From the IMG/VR virus record IMGVR_UViG_2778260992_000001: 64,000 nucleotides of DNA; one strand, written 5' to 3'. Of the stretch, positions 35,900 through 44,414 are shown piece after piece (the first letter of the stretch is position 1; every line of letters begins with the position of its first letter). Under the pieces are notes generated by a model, which was not told the DNA's origin, ran no database searches, and saw nothing but the letters and a program-made list of their open reading frames with translations. The position numbers and the translations under genes are program-made. The stretch is from a virus. Lineage: Duplodnaviria > Heunggongvirae > Uroviricota > Caudoviricetes.

Positions 35900-37474
35900 A
35901 TGGAATTGAACGACAAACAAATTAAGGATCTGGTGGCGCGACGCCACCCGGAATACGAAAAGAAAAAAGAACATTGGGACTTCCTCGCCAGCACTTACGC
36001 TGGCGGGCGTGGTTGGTTTACAGACAATATCTTTCGTTACTTTAAAGAGGGAGATCAGGAGTTTAAGGAGCGAGTTGAGCGTGCTTATCGCTTCAACCAC
36101 ACTCGTGAGGTGGTAAACCTCATCAACAAATATCTCTTTAAAGAAGACATTCATAGAAATATCGAAGAGGCACCAGAGCAGATCCGCAATTTCTGGAAAC
36201 GTGCGACCCGCCAGAATGCCTCTATTGACTCATTTATGGCCGCTATTGATTTGCAGTCGTCTATTTACGGTCGCATATGGGTTGTTGTCGATAGCACGAT
36301 GAGTGGTGATGTTGAGTCAGTAGCTGACGAGAAAAAGAAAGATGCTCGCGCCTACGCCTACTGGATTTCACCTCAGCAAATGCTGGATGTGGCATGGGAC
36401 GACGACGGGAATATGTTGTGGGCGTTAATTGTGGAAGTCGCTCGTGATGACGCAGATCCTTTTACTTCTACAGGTCAGGAATACCAACGTTATCGTCTGT
36501 GGACACAAAACGAGTGGTATCTGTTCCGTGAGGAAGTGAAGAAGGGCGCTGGTGGAGCAGGTCGCCGTCAGGCAAAAGTTATTTTAGAGGATAGCGGTGC
36601 GCATAATCTCGGCGTAGTTCCTGTGTTTCCTGTTGATTGTATTGGAGAAAGTGAATCACCGTATTTCAGCCCATCGTTGATCGATGATATCGCTTATCTT
36701 GATCGTGCGGTTGCAAACTATCTGTCAAACCTTGATGCCATTATTCAGGATCAGACATTTAGCCAGTTGGCTATACCGGTACAGTCGCTTTTACCTGGTG
36801 ATGAAAACCACACTAAAGTGCTTGAAATGGGCACAAAGCGAGTCTTCACCTACGATTCTGAAGGTGGAAACCAGCCGTTTTATCTGTCACCAGACCCGAA
36901 ACAAGCTCAGATGATCATCACTACGATTAAGACGGTGATTAACGAAATCTACCATTCAGTTGGTGTAGCTGGTGAGCGAACGAAGCAGGACAACGCACAG
37001 GGAATCGATAACTCATCTGGTGCCGCAAAAATGTATGACTTCCAGCGTGTAAATAGCTTGCTTGTCACAAAAGCAGAGCGTCTGGAAAGGGCTGAACGCC
37101 AAATCATGCTACTGGTTGCGAAATGGATGGGGGTAGATCTGGACGAAGACCACTCTTTAATTGCGTATCCAGAAAGTTTCGATATTCGTGGCCTTACTGA
37201 TGAATTTTCTGTTGCCGAGAAACTGTCGTTACTTCAGGCACCGGACTCTGTACGTCGTCACCAGATGGAAATGCTGATTGAGAAGATTTTCCCGAACATC
37301 ACTGAGGCGATGAAGAAGGAATTTGATAAAGATCTCTTGAATTTTCCGCCAAAAAATGATCTAAATACCCTTGAAAATAAGTCAGTACTTACTTATGATC
37401 AAGGCACAGCCCAAGAAAGCGGGCAAGATCAACCCCGAGGGAATGGGGACTCATCTACTCAAGAGAACGAGTGA
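35900..37474 (+). CDS. portal protein
   Basis: 524 aa; position after large terminase, size and composition consistent with portal. Confidence 0.65.
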   Translation: MELNDKQIKDLVARRHPEYEKKKEHWDFLASTYAGGRGWFTDNIFRYFKEGDQEFKERVERAYRFNHTREVVNLINKYLFKEDIHRNIEEAPEQIRNFWKRATRQNASIDSFMAAIDLQSSIYGRIWVVVDSTMSGDVESVADEKKKDARAYAYWISPQQMLDVAWDDDGNMLWALIVEVARDDADPFTSTGQEYQRYRLWTQNEWYLFREEVKKGAGGAGRRQAKVILEDSGAHNLGVVPVFPVDCIGESESPYFSPSLIDDIAYLDRAVANYLSNLDAIIQDQTFSQLAIPVQSLLPGDENHTKVLEMGTKRVFTYDSEGGNQPFYLSPDPKQAQMIITTIKTVINEIYHSVGVAGERTKQDNAQGIDNSSGAAKMYDFQRVNSLLVTKAERLERAERQIMLLVAKWMGVDLDEDHSLIAYPESFDIRGLTDEFSVAEKLSLLQAPDSVRRHQMEMLIEKIFPNITEAMKKEFDKDLLNFPPKNDLNTLENKSVLTYDQGTAQESGQDQPRGNGDSSTQENE

Positions 37475-37495
37475 TAAGTAACAAAGGGAATTTTT

Positions 37496-38383
37496 ATGAA
37501 ACTGTGGCAAATGCTTTTGGCCCGTCGTGGTCTGATGGATGTTGCTGAAGCGCATGAGCGTGGAGGCGCTGGCGGTGTAGCTGCTGATAATGAGCAGAGT
37601 ACACAAAATCCTGACAAACAGGGTGAACAAAAAGAGCAGCCGAAGGGTGATGACGAATACGCTGGCATGACTCATGAAGAGTTACTGGCCGAACTTCGTA
37701 AAACCAAGAAAGCTGGTGCTGAACTGCTGAAAGAGAACATGAAGCGCAAAGAGAAAGAGCGCACATTGGCCGATCAGCTTGCTCAGTACGGTGATATCGA
37801 CCCGGCGCGTGCTCGCCAGCTTTTAGAAGCTGAACAGGCCGCAGAAAATGCACGTCGTGAGGCGGAGCAAGCTGAACTGGAGCGTCGTGGTGAGTTCGAT
37901 GCTGTTAAAAAACAGATGATCGAAGCACACCAGGCAGAGCTGGCACAGCGTGACGAACGTTATGCAGCACTGGAAAGTGAAAACGCATCACTGAAATCTC
38001 AATTAGTCGAGATGACCGTGGGCGCTTCCTTCAGTAACTCTCTCTTCCTACGTGACAAAGTTCTGATGACTCCGGCAAAAGCCCGCGTGATCTACGGTTC
38101 TCATTTTGAAGTGGGTGAAGACGGTAGCGTAGTGGGTTATGACAAACCGGCAGGTCATAAAGAACGAGCTGTTCTGGTTGACGGTGAAGGTAAGCCGTTG
38201 CCGTTTGAATCCGCGATTGAACGCATTGTGCGGGCAGATCCGGAAGCTGACGCATTGATGCGTAGCGAAGCCAAGCAGGGTGTAGGCTCACATTCCAAAT
38301 CGACCTACACAATATCCCAACCGAAGAACAAGTCGACTATGGATAAGTTGGCCTCCGGTCTGGGGAAAATTGGACTTAAGTAA
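37496..38383 (+). CDS. putative scaffolding protein
   Basis: 295 aa, charged coiled-coil-rich, between portal and major capsid genes. Confidence 0.55.
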   Translation: MKLWQMLLARRGLMDVAEAHERGGAGGVAADNEQSTQNPDKQGEQKEQPKGDDEYAGMTHEELLAELRKTKKAGAELLKENMKRKEKERTLADQLAQYGDIDPARARQLLEAEQAAENARREAEQAELERRGEFDAVKKQMIEAHQAELAQRDERYAALESENASLKSQLVEMTVGASFSNSLFLRDKVLMTPAKARVIYGSHFEVGEDGSVVGYDKPAGHKERAVLVDGEGKPLPFESAIERIVRADPEADALMRSEAKQGVGSHSKSTYTISQPKNKSTMDKLASGLGKIGLK

Positions 38384-38408
38384 CATCTAAATCAAAGGGA
38401 ATTGATAG

Positions 38409-39284
38409 ATGCCATTACTGCGTGAAGAAGCTGAAAAGCTGTCTAACAACGAACTTGAACAGGGTGTGATCGAAACTATCATCGATCGCGATGACCTGTT
38501 TGCCATCTTGCCTTTTATGAAAATTAATTCAAAGGCATATCTGTACAACCGTGAAAAAACGCTGAGTGAAGCTACCTTCATCGACGTTAACGACACCATC
38601 CCTGAAGGTGCAGCAACCTTCGAAGAATGCGTTGCGAAACTGCGTATTCTGGCTGGTGACGTAGACGTTGATAAATTCCTGGCAACCACTATGGCCGACA
38701 CCAATAACCAGTTGGCTATTCAGGTTCGTCAGAAAGTTAAAGGTCTGGCTCGTGCGTTCCGCCGCAACCTGATTTTGGGTGACTCCAGCTCCAACAACAA
38801 AGCGTTCGACGGTATTCCACGCCTGATGCATGAAGATCAGAAGATCGACATCGCAGGTGCATCTATGACTTTCTCCATGTTCGACGAACTGGTCGATGCG
38901 GTGAAAGATCTTGGTGCTGACTGCATCATGATGCGTTCAGAGCACCTGCGTGCTTACCGTGCGCTGCTGCGTACAGTAAACGTAGGCCCGTCTGAAATCA
39001 TGATGGAGAACTTCGGTCGTCCGATGCTGTGTCATAACGGCGTTCCGTTCATTATCAACGACTTCATCCCGACCGATTCTGGCAAAGCAAGCATCTACTG
39101 CCTGCATCTGTCAGAAGAGAACGGCGTTACTGGTCTGTATGGCGGCGACAACGCAGGTATCGTTGTTGAAAACATTGGTACTGTACAGAACAAAGACGCA
39201 GTACGTACCCGTGTGAAGTGGTACTGCTCTCTGGCGAATAAGCACGATAAGGCTATCGCTGCACTGACCAATGTAAAAATTTAA
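38409..39284 (+). CDS. major capsid protein
   Basis: 291 aa, position, strong RBS and codon usage, strong terminator downstream. Confidence 0.65.
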   Translation: MPLLREEAEKLSNNELEQGVIETIIDRDDLFAILPFMKINSKAYLYNREKTLSEATFIDVNDTIPEGAATFEECVAKLRILAGDVDVDKFLATTMADTNNQLAIQVRQKVKGLARAFRRNLILGDSSSNNKAFDGIPRLMHEDQKIDIAGASMTFSMFDELVDAVKDLGADCIMMRSEHLRAYRALLRTVNVGPSEIMMENFGRPMLCHNGVPFIINDFIPTDSGKASIYCLHLSEENGVTGLYGGDNAGIVVENIGTVQNKDAVRTRVKWYCSLANKHDKAIAALTNVKI

Positions 39285-39317
39285 TCAGTGTAGTAGATAA
39301 GCAGTTATCTATGTTAA

Positions 39318-39345
39318 AGGGTGGGCTATACGCCCACCCTTTTTG
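39318..39345 (+). terminator. rho-independent terminator after major capsid gene
   Basis: agggtgggctatacgcccaccct + tttt. Confidence 0.6.
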
Positions 39346-39357
39346 TAGGAGCGAGAA

Positions 39358-40278
39358 ATGCCAGAACAAAAGATGAAGATTACGGAAGAGGCATTTTCGG
39401 ATTTTACGGGGCATATGTGCCGTGCCGGATTTACCAATTCTATCTCCGATGAACCTTTAACCGAGCGGCAACAAAGTCAGCTATCTGCTTGTTTGCAGGC
39501 GGTTCCCTTCTCCCAATCCGTAAACATAACTCCGGCTTCACCATCAGTTTTGGTTGGGAAAACTGTTCAACTTAGTGCAGGTATTAGTATGGGTAAGAGT
39601 GCCAGTTCATTCACCTGGAAGTCAGCCAATGATCAAATTGCAACCGTTAACGGCACTGGATTAGTAACTGGCGTAGCCCCAGGCAAAGTAAAAATTACTG
39701 CAACTGATCAGGAAACCCAGCTTTCCGCTTCAGTGGAAGTCACCGTAAATCCGGTAGCCGTTCAATCCGTAACGGTAACGCCAGACTCAACCTCTGTTGA
39801 GAAAGGAAAATCAGTCAGTCTGAAAGCGAATGTTCAGCCGTCAAATGCGACGAATAAGGCTGTTACCTGGTCTTCCAAAAATGAAGATAAGGCAACGGTA
39901 GACCAGAGCGGGAACGTAACTGGTGTAGAAGTTGGCACTGCGACGATTGAGATCGTTTCCCAAGATGGCAGCAAAAAGGCAACTGCAACGGTGGAAGTAA
40001 CTGCGCCTGTTGTGGCTGTTACTGGTGTCGAAATCGACCCAAATAGCACAACCGTTGAGGCAAACAAAACTGTTCAGCTGATCGCAAATGTCGAGCCGGT
40101 AGGAGCCACAAATAAAACCGTTACTTGGGAATCCAAAAATACCGAGTTTGCAACGGTGGACAGCGAAACCGGTGTTGTAACTGGTGTTGCGGCTGGCACT
40201 GCCACAATCGAGGTTACTACACAAGATGGTAGCCACAAAGCGACAGCGACCGTAGAGGTCACTGCCGCACAGGAATAA
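39358..40278 (+). CDS. Ig-like (Big_2-type) domain protein, probable head decoration/accessory protein
   Basis: three tandem Ig-like repeats each ending ATVDQ/ATVDS..GxVTGVxxGTATIE. Confidence 0.6.
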   Translation: MPEQKMKITEEAFSDFTGHMCRAGFTNSISDEPLTERQQSQLSACLQAVPFSQSVNITPASPSVLVGKTVQLSAGISMGKSASSFTWKSANDQIATVNGTGLVTGVAPGKVKITATDQETQLSASVEVTVNPVAVQSVTVTPDSTSVEKGKSVSLKANVQPSNATNKAVTWSSKNEDKATVDQSGNVTGVEVGTATIEIVSQDGSKKATATVEVTAPVVAVTGVEIDPNSTTVEANKTVQLIANVEPVGATNKTVTWESKNTEFATVDSETGVVTGVAAGTATIEVTTQDGSHKATATVEVTAAQE

Positions 40279-40285
40279 CCGATAT

Positions 40286-40307
40286 TGGGCGGCGAAAGCC
40301 GCCCAAG
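40286..40307 (+). terminator. hairpin (possible terminator/attenuator)
   Basis: ttgggcggcgaaagccgcccaa, no clear T-run. Confidence 0.35.
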
Positions 40308-40322
40308 TGGAGAGAAAGCGTT

Positions 40323-40757
40323 ATGAAACCAGCAAAAATTGTTTTATTAGAACCGCAATTTTCCGGTTATTCGGGAATGCTGTGCGGCGTTCAGTTCGAG
40401 AACGGGGTATCCGTAGCGGAGTTGCCTTTTATCGATCAGCAGAGAATTTGTGCATCAATGCGAGCGTCAACAGTAGAGGGAAAAAATGTTTCCCCATCTG
40501 CCGCATACAGTGATCGTGGTGAATTGGCCGCAGACCTGATTACAGAGCCAGTAGCGCCTGACATTGTGCCAATGAAACGTGGGACACCAGATGAACCGGC
40601 CAAACAGATCCAGACTTTCACACGAGAAGAGCTGGAGTCCATTGCAGACAACGAAGGTATTGCCGGTCTACGAGTTATTGGTAATCAGGTTGGTGTTAAA
40701 GCGAAAGGAATTGTCGAGATGATTGAAGGCATCCTGAAAGCACAAGGCGGTGAGTAA
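40323..40757 (+). CDS. hypothetical protein (head-tail region)
   Basis: 144-aa ORF. Confidence 0.4.
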   Translation: MKPAKIVLLEPQFSGYSGMLCGVQFENGVSVAELPFIDQQRICASMRASTVEGKNVSPSAAYSDRGELAADLITEPVAPDIVPMKRGTPDEPAKQIQTFTREELESIADNEGIAGLRVIGNQVGVKAKGIVEMIEGILKAQGGE

Positions 40758-41590
40758 TGGCGCAGATCGACTCGTATCGTAGCGGTGAAGCTGTTTCTCT
40801 TTCATTTGCCTTCAACGTGCTGGATATCGAATCTGCCACCTACACAGTAAAGGACAGCACCGGGGCTATTCTCGTTGATGGCGAGCCGCTAGAAATTACC
40901 AGCGGGCAAATGTCGATTCCGGTTGTCGTGTCGGCTGAATATAACCTGCTCTCTGAGAAAGAACGCGATCTGCGGTACGTCATTGTGAAGGCTGTTGCAT
41001 CGGGTCTGACGCATGAAGGGCGGCAAATGTATGTTCTGCTGAATAGTTTTGAACTGTCGATACCAGAACAGTCGTTTGCAACTGTCGCTGATGCTCAAAT
41101 GCAGGCGATCGATATGCTGAATGGGGACACTTTGCTGTCGGATGGTGAAGGCTTAATGCGCAAGCGTCTCATTGAGGCTACCAGACGAATTAAAACTTTA
41201 CCGTTCTCAATCCGCAAAATTCTACGTATCGACTTTGACCGATACGATCGCCCTCAAAATATGCTGAATGTGTATGACATTCCGTGGGGAGCAGACGGAG
41301 CGTACCGGCATGATTTAGTCGATTGGGAAAAGATGACGCAGGAGAAGTTTGAAGAGTTCCCTGACTACTTCAAAGAAGCGTTGATGCTTGCCGTTGTCAA
41401 CGAAGCGTGTGAGATCGCAAATGGCAATGATGTTGCCGCAGCACGAGAAGATGGCATTTTGTCAGAGTCCATCGGTGAAACAACCAACATGTACCGTACC
41501 GGTAAAGCTGCAAACGTGCATGTGGCTCGCAGTACCTGGCGCTTGCTGGTCAGTTACATTAACAACCGTATGATTGTTCGCCGTGCGTAA
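40757..41590 (+). CDS. hypothetical protein (head-tail region)
   Basis: 277-aa ORF, ATGA-coupled. Confidence 0.45.
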   Translation: MAQIDSYRSGEAVSLSFAFNVLDIESATYTVKDSTGAILVDGEPLEITSGQMSIPVVVSAEYNLLSEKERDLRYVIVKAVASGLTHEGRQMYVLLNSFELSIPEQSFATVADAQMQAIDMLNGDTLLSDGEGLMRKRLIEATRRIKTLPFSIRKILRIDFDRYDRPQNMLNVYDIPWGADGAYRHDLVDWEKMTQEKFEEFPDYFKEALMLAVVNEACEIANGNDVAAAREDGILSESIGETTNMYRTGKAANVHVARSTWRLLVSYINNRMIVRRA

Positions 41591-41669
41591 CGCTAGTCGC
41601 ATTATTTACTTTTGGTCGAAATGGTTTTTGGCCAGTAATGAGAGCGACCGACAACAACAGGGAGAGAGC

Positions 41670-42014
41670 ATGAATATTTCATGGCAAACAGAAATTGCGA
41701 TCTACCGCTTTGGCGCAAAGAACGTTTACGGCGAGGCGCAATTGCAATTCGTCAGGAAGACGAATGTCGGCGTGGTTAAGTTCGAACAGAGTAATGAGAA
41801 ATCGTCAGTTCGTGCTGATAGCTCTGGTAGCCGTGGTAAGGCGAGTCTGGAGTTGTTTGATGCTGTGTTAGTTGTCCCTTTAGAAGCGGCTGTACAACTT
41901 GATGATGTGCTGATCCTTGAAGGTCAAAAATTAAAGGTGTCCAGTGTTCATCGCCGCTGGGGGCTACGAGGAAGACCTGGGCATCTTGAAGTGGGGGCGA
42001 ATATATGGGTCTGA
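41670..42014 (+). CDS. hypothetical protein (possible head-tail adaptor)
   Basis: ATG 41670 after RBS ggagagag; 114 aa. Confidence 0.4.
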   Translation: MNISWQTEIAIYRFGAKNVYGEAQLQFVRKTNVGVVKFEQSNEKSSVRADSSGSRGKASLELFDAVLVVPLEAAVQLDDVLILEGQKLKVSSVHRRWGLRGRPGHLEVGANIWV

Positions 42015-42478
42015 AATACGATGCGCATCAGTTCAAACGTGCGGGGAATAGACTCAACAACAGCCAGAAAGCATTTAAGCGATATCTTATTCGGGACATG
42101 GAAAAGCTGGCGCGTTTGGTTGAGCGTCTCAGCCGTGCAATGGCTCCGCTGGAAACCGGATCTCTGGAGACAGCTATCTTTGCCAGGGTGATTAAAGAAG
42201 GTTATTCAGGGCTGCGCATTGAGCTTTCTGTGTCTGGAGCAAAACCACGTCAGGGGCATCCGGGCGTAGAAGTCGGTGACTATGCTAAGTACATGGAGCT
42301 GGGTAAATATCGACTCGGTTATCTTTCTCGAATGAAGAACGTGACAAACCCACCAATTGCCGGTGTTAAACCTCGTGTTGGGCCACACTTTCTGGAAAGA
42401 GCGGTGGAAATTAGCGAGAAGCAGTTCTCAGAAGCGATTCTTGAGGCTGCCAGAAAAGCCGGTTTTACGAGAGGTTAA
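42005..42478 (+). CDS. hypothetical protein (possible head closure/neck protein)
   Basis: 157-aa ORF overlapping upstream gene. Confidence 0.4.
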   Translation: MGLKYDAHQFKRAGNRLNNSQKAFKRYLIRDMEKLARLVERLSRAMAPLETGSLETAIFARVIKEGYSGLRIELSVSGAKPRQGHPGVEVGDYAKYMELGKYRLGYLSRMKNVTNPPIAGVKPRVGPHFLERAVEISEKQFSEAILEAARKAGFTRG

Positions 42479-42479
42479 T

Positions 42480-42863
42480 GTGTTTATCGAAGCGTTTGCA
42501 AGTTTGATGCAGAAGGCAAAGATTGGCACGGTCGGGACTGACATTTTCTGTCACTACTTGCCTGCCAATGTGAAATCTGGCGTCCTGCTTATTAACCCAA
42601 ATACCGGCATCAGCATCGATCATGAGCTACAGGGCTTTTATCACGAATCATTCACAATCATTGTGCGTGGTTCGTCAATTACTACGACGGTTGAGAAAGC
42701 CAATAAAATCATTGAGATGTTTCCAGTAGAGGAAACGGAATCTGGTGGTGTTTATTTTCGACTTGTACGACCGATGGCGATGCCAATCATTTATCCCAAA
42801 AATGATGGGGCATTAATAGAAGCAGGCATTCCTGTTGAATTTGCTGGCTATTTATTGAATTAA
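42480..42863 (+). CDS. hypothetical protein (possible tail completion/terminator protein)
   Basis: GTG start after RBS agaggt; position before major tail gene. Confidence 0.35.
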   Translation: MFIEAFASLMQKAKIGTVGTDIFCHYLPANVKSGVLLINPNTGISIDHELQGFYHESFTIIVRGSSITTTVEKANKIIEMFPVEETESGGVYFRLVRPMAMPIIYPKNDGALIEAGIPVEFAGYLLN

Positions 42864-42869
42864 GTTAAT

Positions 42870-42889
42870 TGGTAAGTATATACTTACCA
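42870..42889. promoter_or_regulatory. palindromic site, class 2 (perfect)
   Basis: tggtaagtatatacttacca upstream of major tail gene. Confidence 0.5.
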
Positions 42890-42937
42890 TTAGCGCAATG
42901 AATGCGTAGAATTAACGGAAAAAGGAGTTTTCCATCA

Positions 42938-43684
42938 ATGTCTAATACCCATGTAAAAAACATCAAACTTGGTGCCTGTAAGGTGTCGTTTGGTGGTGTG
43001 GATTTGGGTTACACCAAAGGTGGTGTTCAGGTTGAAGTAGCCACTGAAACGCTGAAAGTCACCGTCGATCAGTTGGGGCAGACCGTAATTTCCGAATTAG
43101 TTCAGGGGCGCAACATTACCATCACCGCGCCTCTGGCTGAGTCTGTACTCCAAAACATGGTTGACCTGATGCCCGGTTCTACTCTGAGCGAAGATGACAA
43201 CTCTGTCACGATCACATCTGCACAGGGCGTCAACCTGATCGATGTGGCGAAGGAGCTGGTTCTGACTCCGCAGGACACCACCGACTATGTGTTGACCATT
43301 CCGAAAGCGGCAACCGCGGGCAACTTCACTATGACCTACCAGTCTGATGATGTTCGTGTGTTCTCTGTTCAGTTCAGCGCATACCCGGATGATGAAGGCG
43401 TTCTGGGCAAAATGAGCGGTCCCAAACCGGTAAAAACTGTGTCGATCACACCGGAATCTCCAACCGTAAAAGCTGGAGAAACTGTGCAACTGACAGCCGA
43501 AATCACTCCAGCTGATGCCGCAGACAAAACCGGTGTTTGGGAATCTGAAGACCAGGAAAAGGCCACGGTAGATCAAACGGGTCTTGTGCGTGGTGTGGCG
43601 CAGGGTACTGCAAACATCTCCTTCACCAGCAATAGCGGTGCTAAGAAGGCAACTAAGTCAGTAACGATTAACTCCGCAGATTAA
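42938..43684 (+). CDS. major tail protein with C-terminal Ig-like domain
   Basis: RBS aaaggag; C-terminal ~80 aa Big_2-like (ATVDQTGLVRGVAQGTANISF); position before chaperone/tape-measure genes. Confidence 0.65.
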   Translation: MSNTHVKNIKLGACKVSFGGVDLGYTKGGVQVEVATETLKVTVDQLGQTVISELVQGRNITITAPLAESVLQNMVDLMPGSTLSEDDNSVTITSAQGVNLIDVAKELVLTPQDTTDYVLTIPKAATAGNFTMTYQSDDVRVFSVQFSAYPDDEGVLGKMSGPKPVKTVSITPESPTVKAGETVQLTAEITPADAADKTGVWESEDQEKATVDQTGLVRGVAQGTANISFTSNSGAKKATKSVTINSAD

Positions 43685-43697
43685 TCAGTAATTAAGC

Positions 43698-43724
43698 AGA
43701 GGCTCAGGATGAGCCTCTCTTTTA
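43698..43724 (+). terminator. terminator/attenuator hairpin after major tail gene
   Basis: agaggctcaggatgagcctct + cttttaaaa. Confidence 0.5.
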
Positions 43725-43739
43725 AAAGGATTTTAACCA

Positions 43740-44057
43740 ATGACCAAATTACTCGATCTCGATTCCATTCTGCCTCCGAAGAAAAGTATCAAATTTGGCG
43801 GTCAGGAATATCCCATCGTTGAAATGACGGTTGGTTTGTTCGTTTCCATCAAGCAGATGGAAGGCAAAGATCTCATGAACATGTCCCCTGTTGAGCAAGT
43901 GACAGCTTATGCAGATCTGGTTCGTAAGGTTATCCCTTCAGTACCTGACGAAGTTCTTGAAAAACTGACTGTTCCGCAACTCCAGCAGATCTTCACCTTC
44001 GCTATGGAAGTGATTGATGAAGAAAACGAAAAAGCGGCTGGCGAAGGGGCAAAGTAA
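43740..44057 (+). CDS. tail assembly chaperone (lambda G-like)
   Basis: 105-aa ORF immediately upstream of tape measure gene. Confidence 0.6.
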   Translation: MTKLLDLDSILPPKKSIKFGGQEYPIVEMTVGLFVSIKQMEGKDLMNMSPVEQVTAYADLVRKVIPSVPDEVLEKLTVPQLQQIFTFAMEVIDEENEKAAGEGAK

Positions 44058-44407
44058 TTTCCCGCGATGAATCCGGGACAAGGACCGTTTCAATAGATCT
44101 CGGATTCTATTTCAGTCGTGTAGTTGCTCACTACGCTGTGTCGCCATTAGAGCTATTGAACATCCCTCTCACGATGTTCTGGATGCTCAGTCGCAATATA
44201 GACCGTCTGCGTGCGGAAGAGGATGTCCGCAACTTACAAGTCGCTCGTGCGTCCCAGGCGGATGGCGAGGCTGTGAAGGCGTTCATGGAGGGTTTGCAAC
44301 TCAGGATTGGAAGACCAGTCGTAACAGATAAAGTCTACGATCCAAGCCAGGATAAGGCAGACCCTGACGCCAAAGAGCAACTGATGCAAATATTTGGCAG
44401 AGGATGA
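43740..44407 (+). CDS. putative tail assembly chaperone -1 frameshift product (lambda GT-like)
   Basis: the -1 frame is open from 44021 to stop at 44405-44407; candidate slippery run gaaaaag at 44028-44034. Confidence 0.4.
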
Positions 44408-44414
44408 CAAGGGA

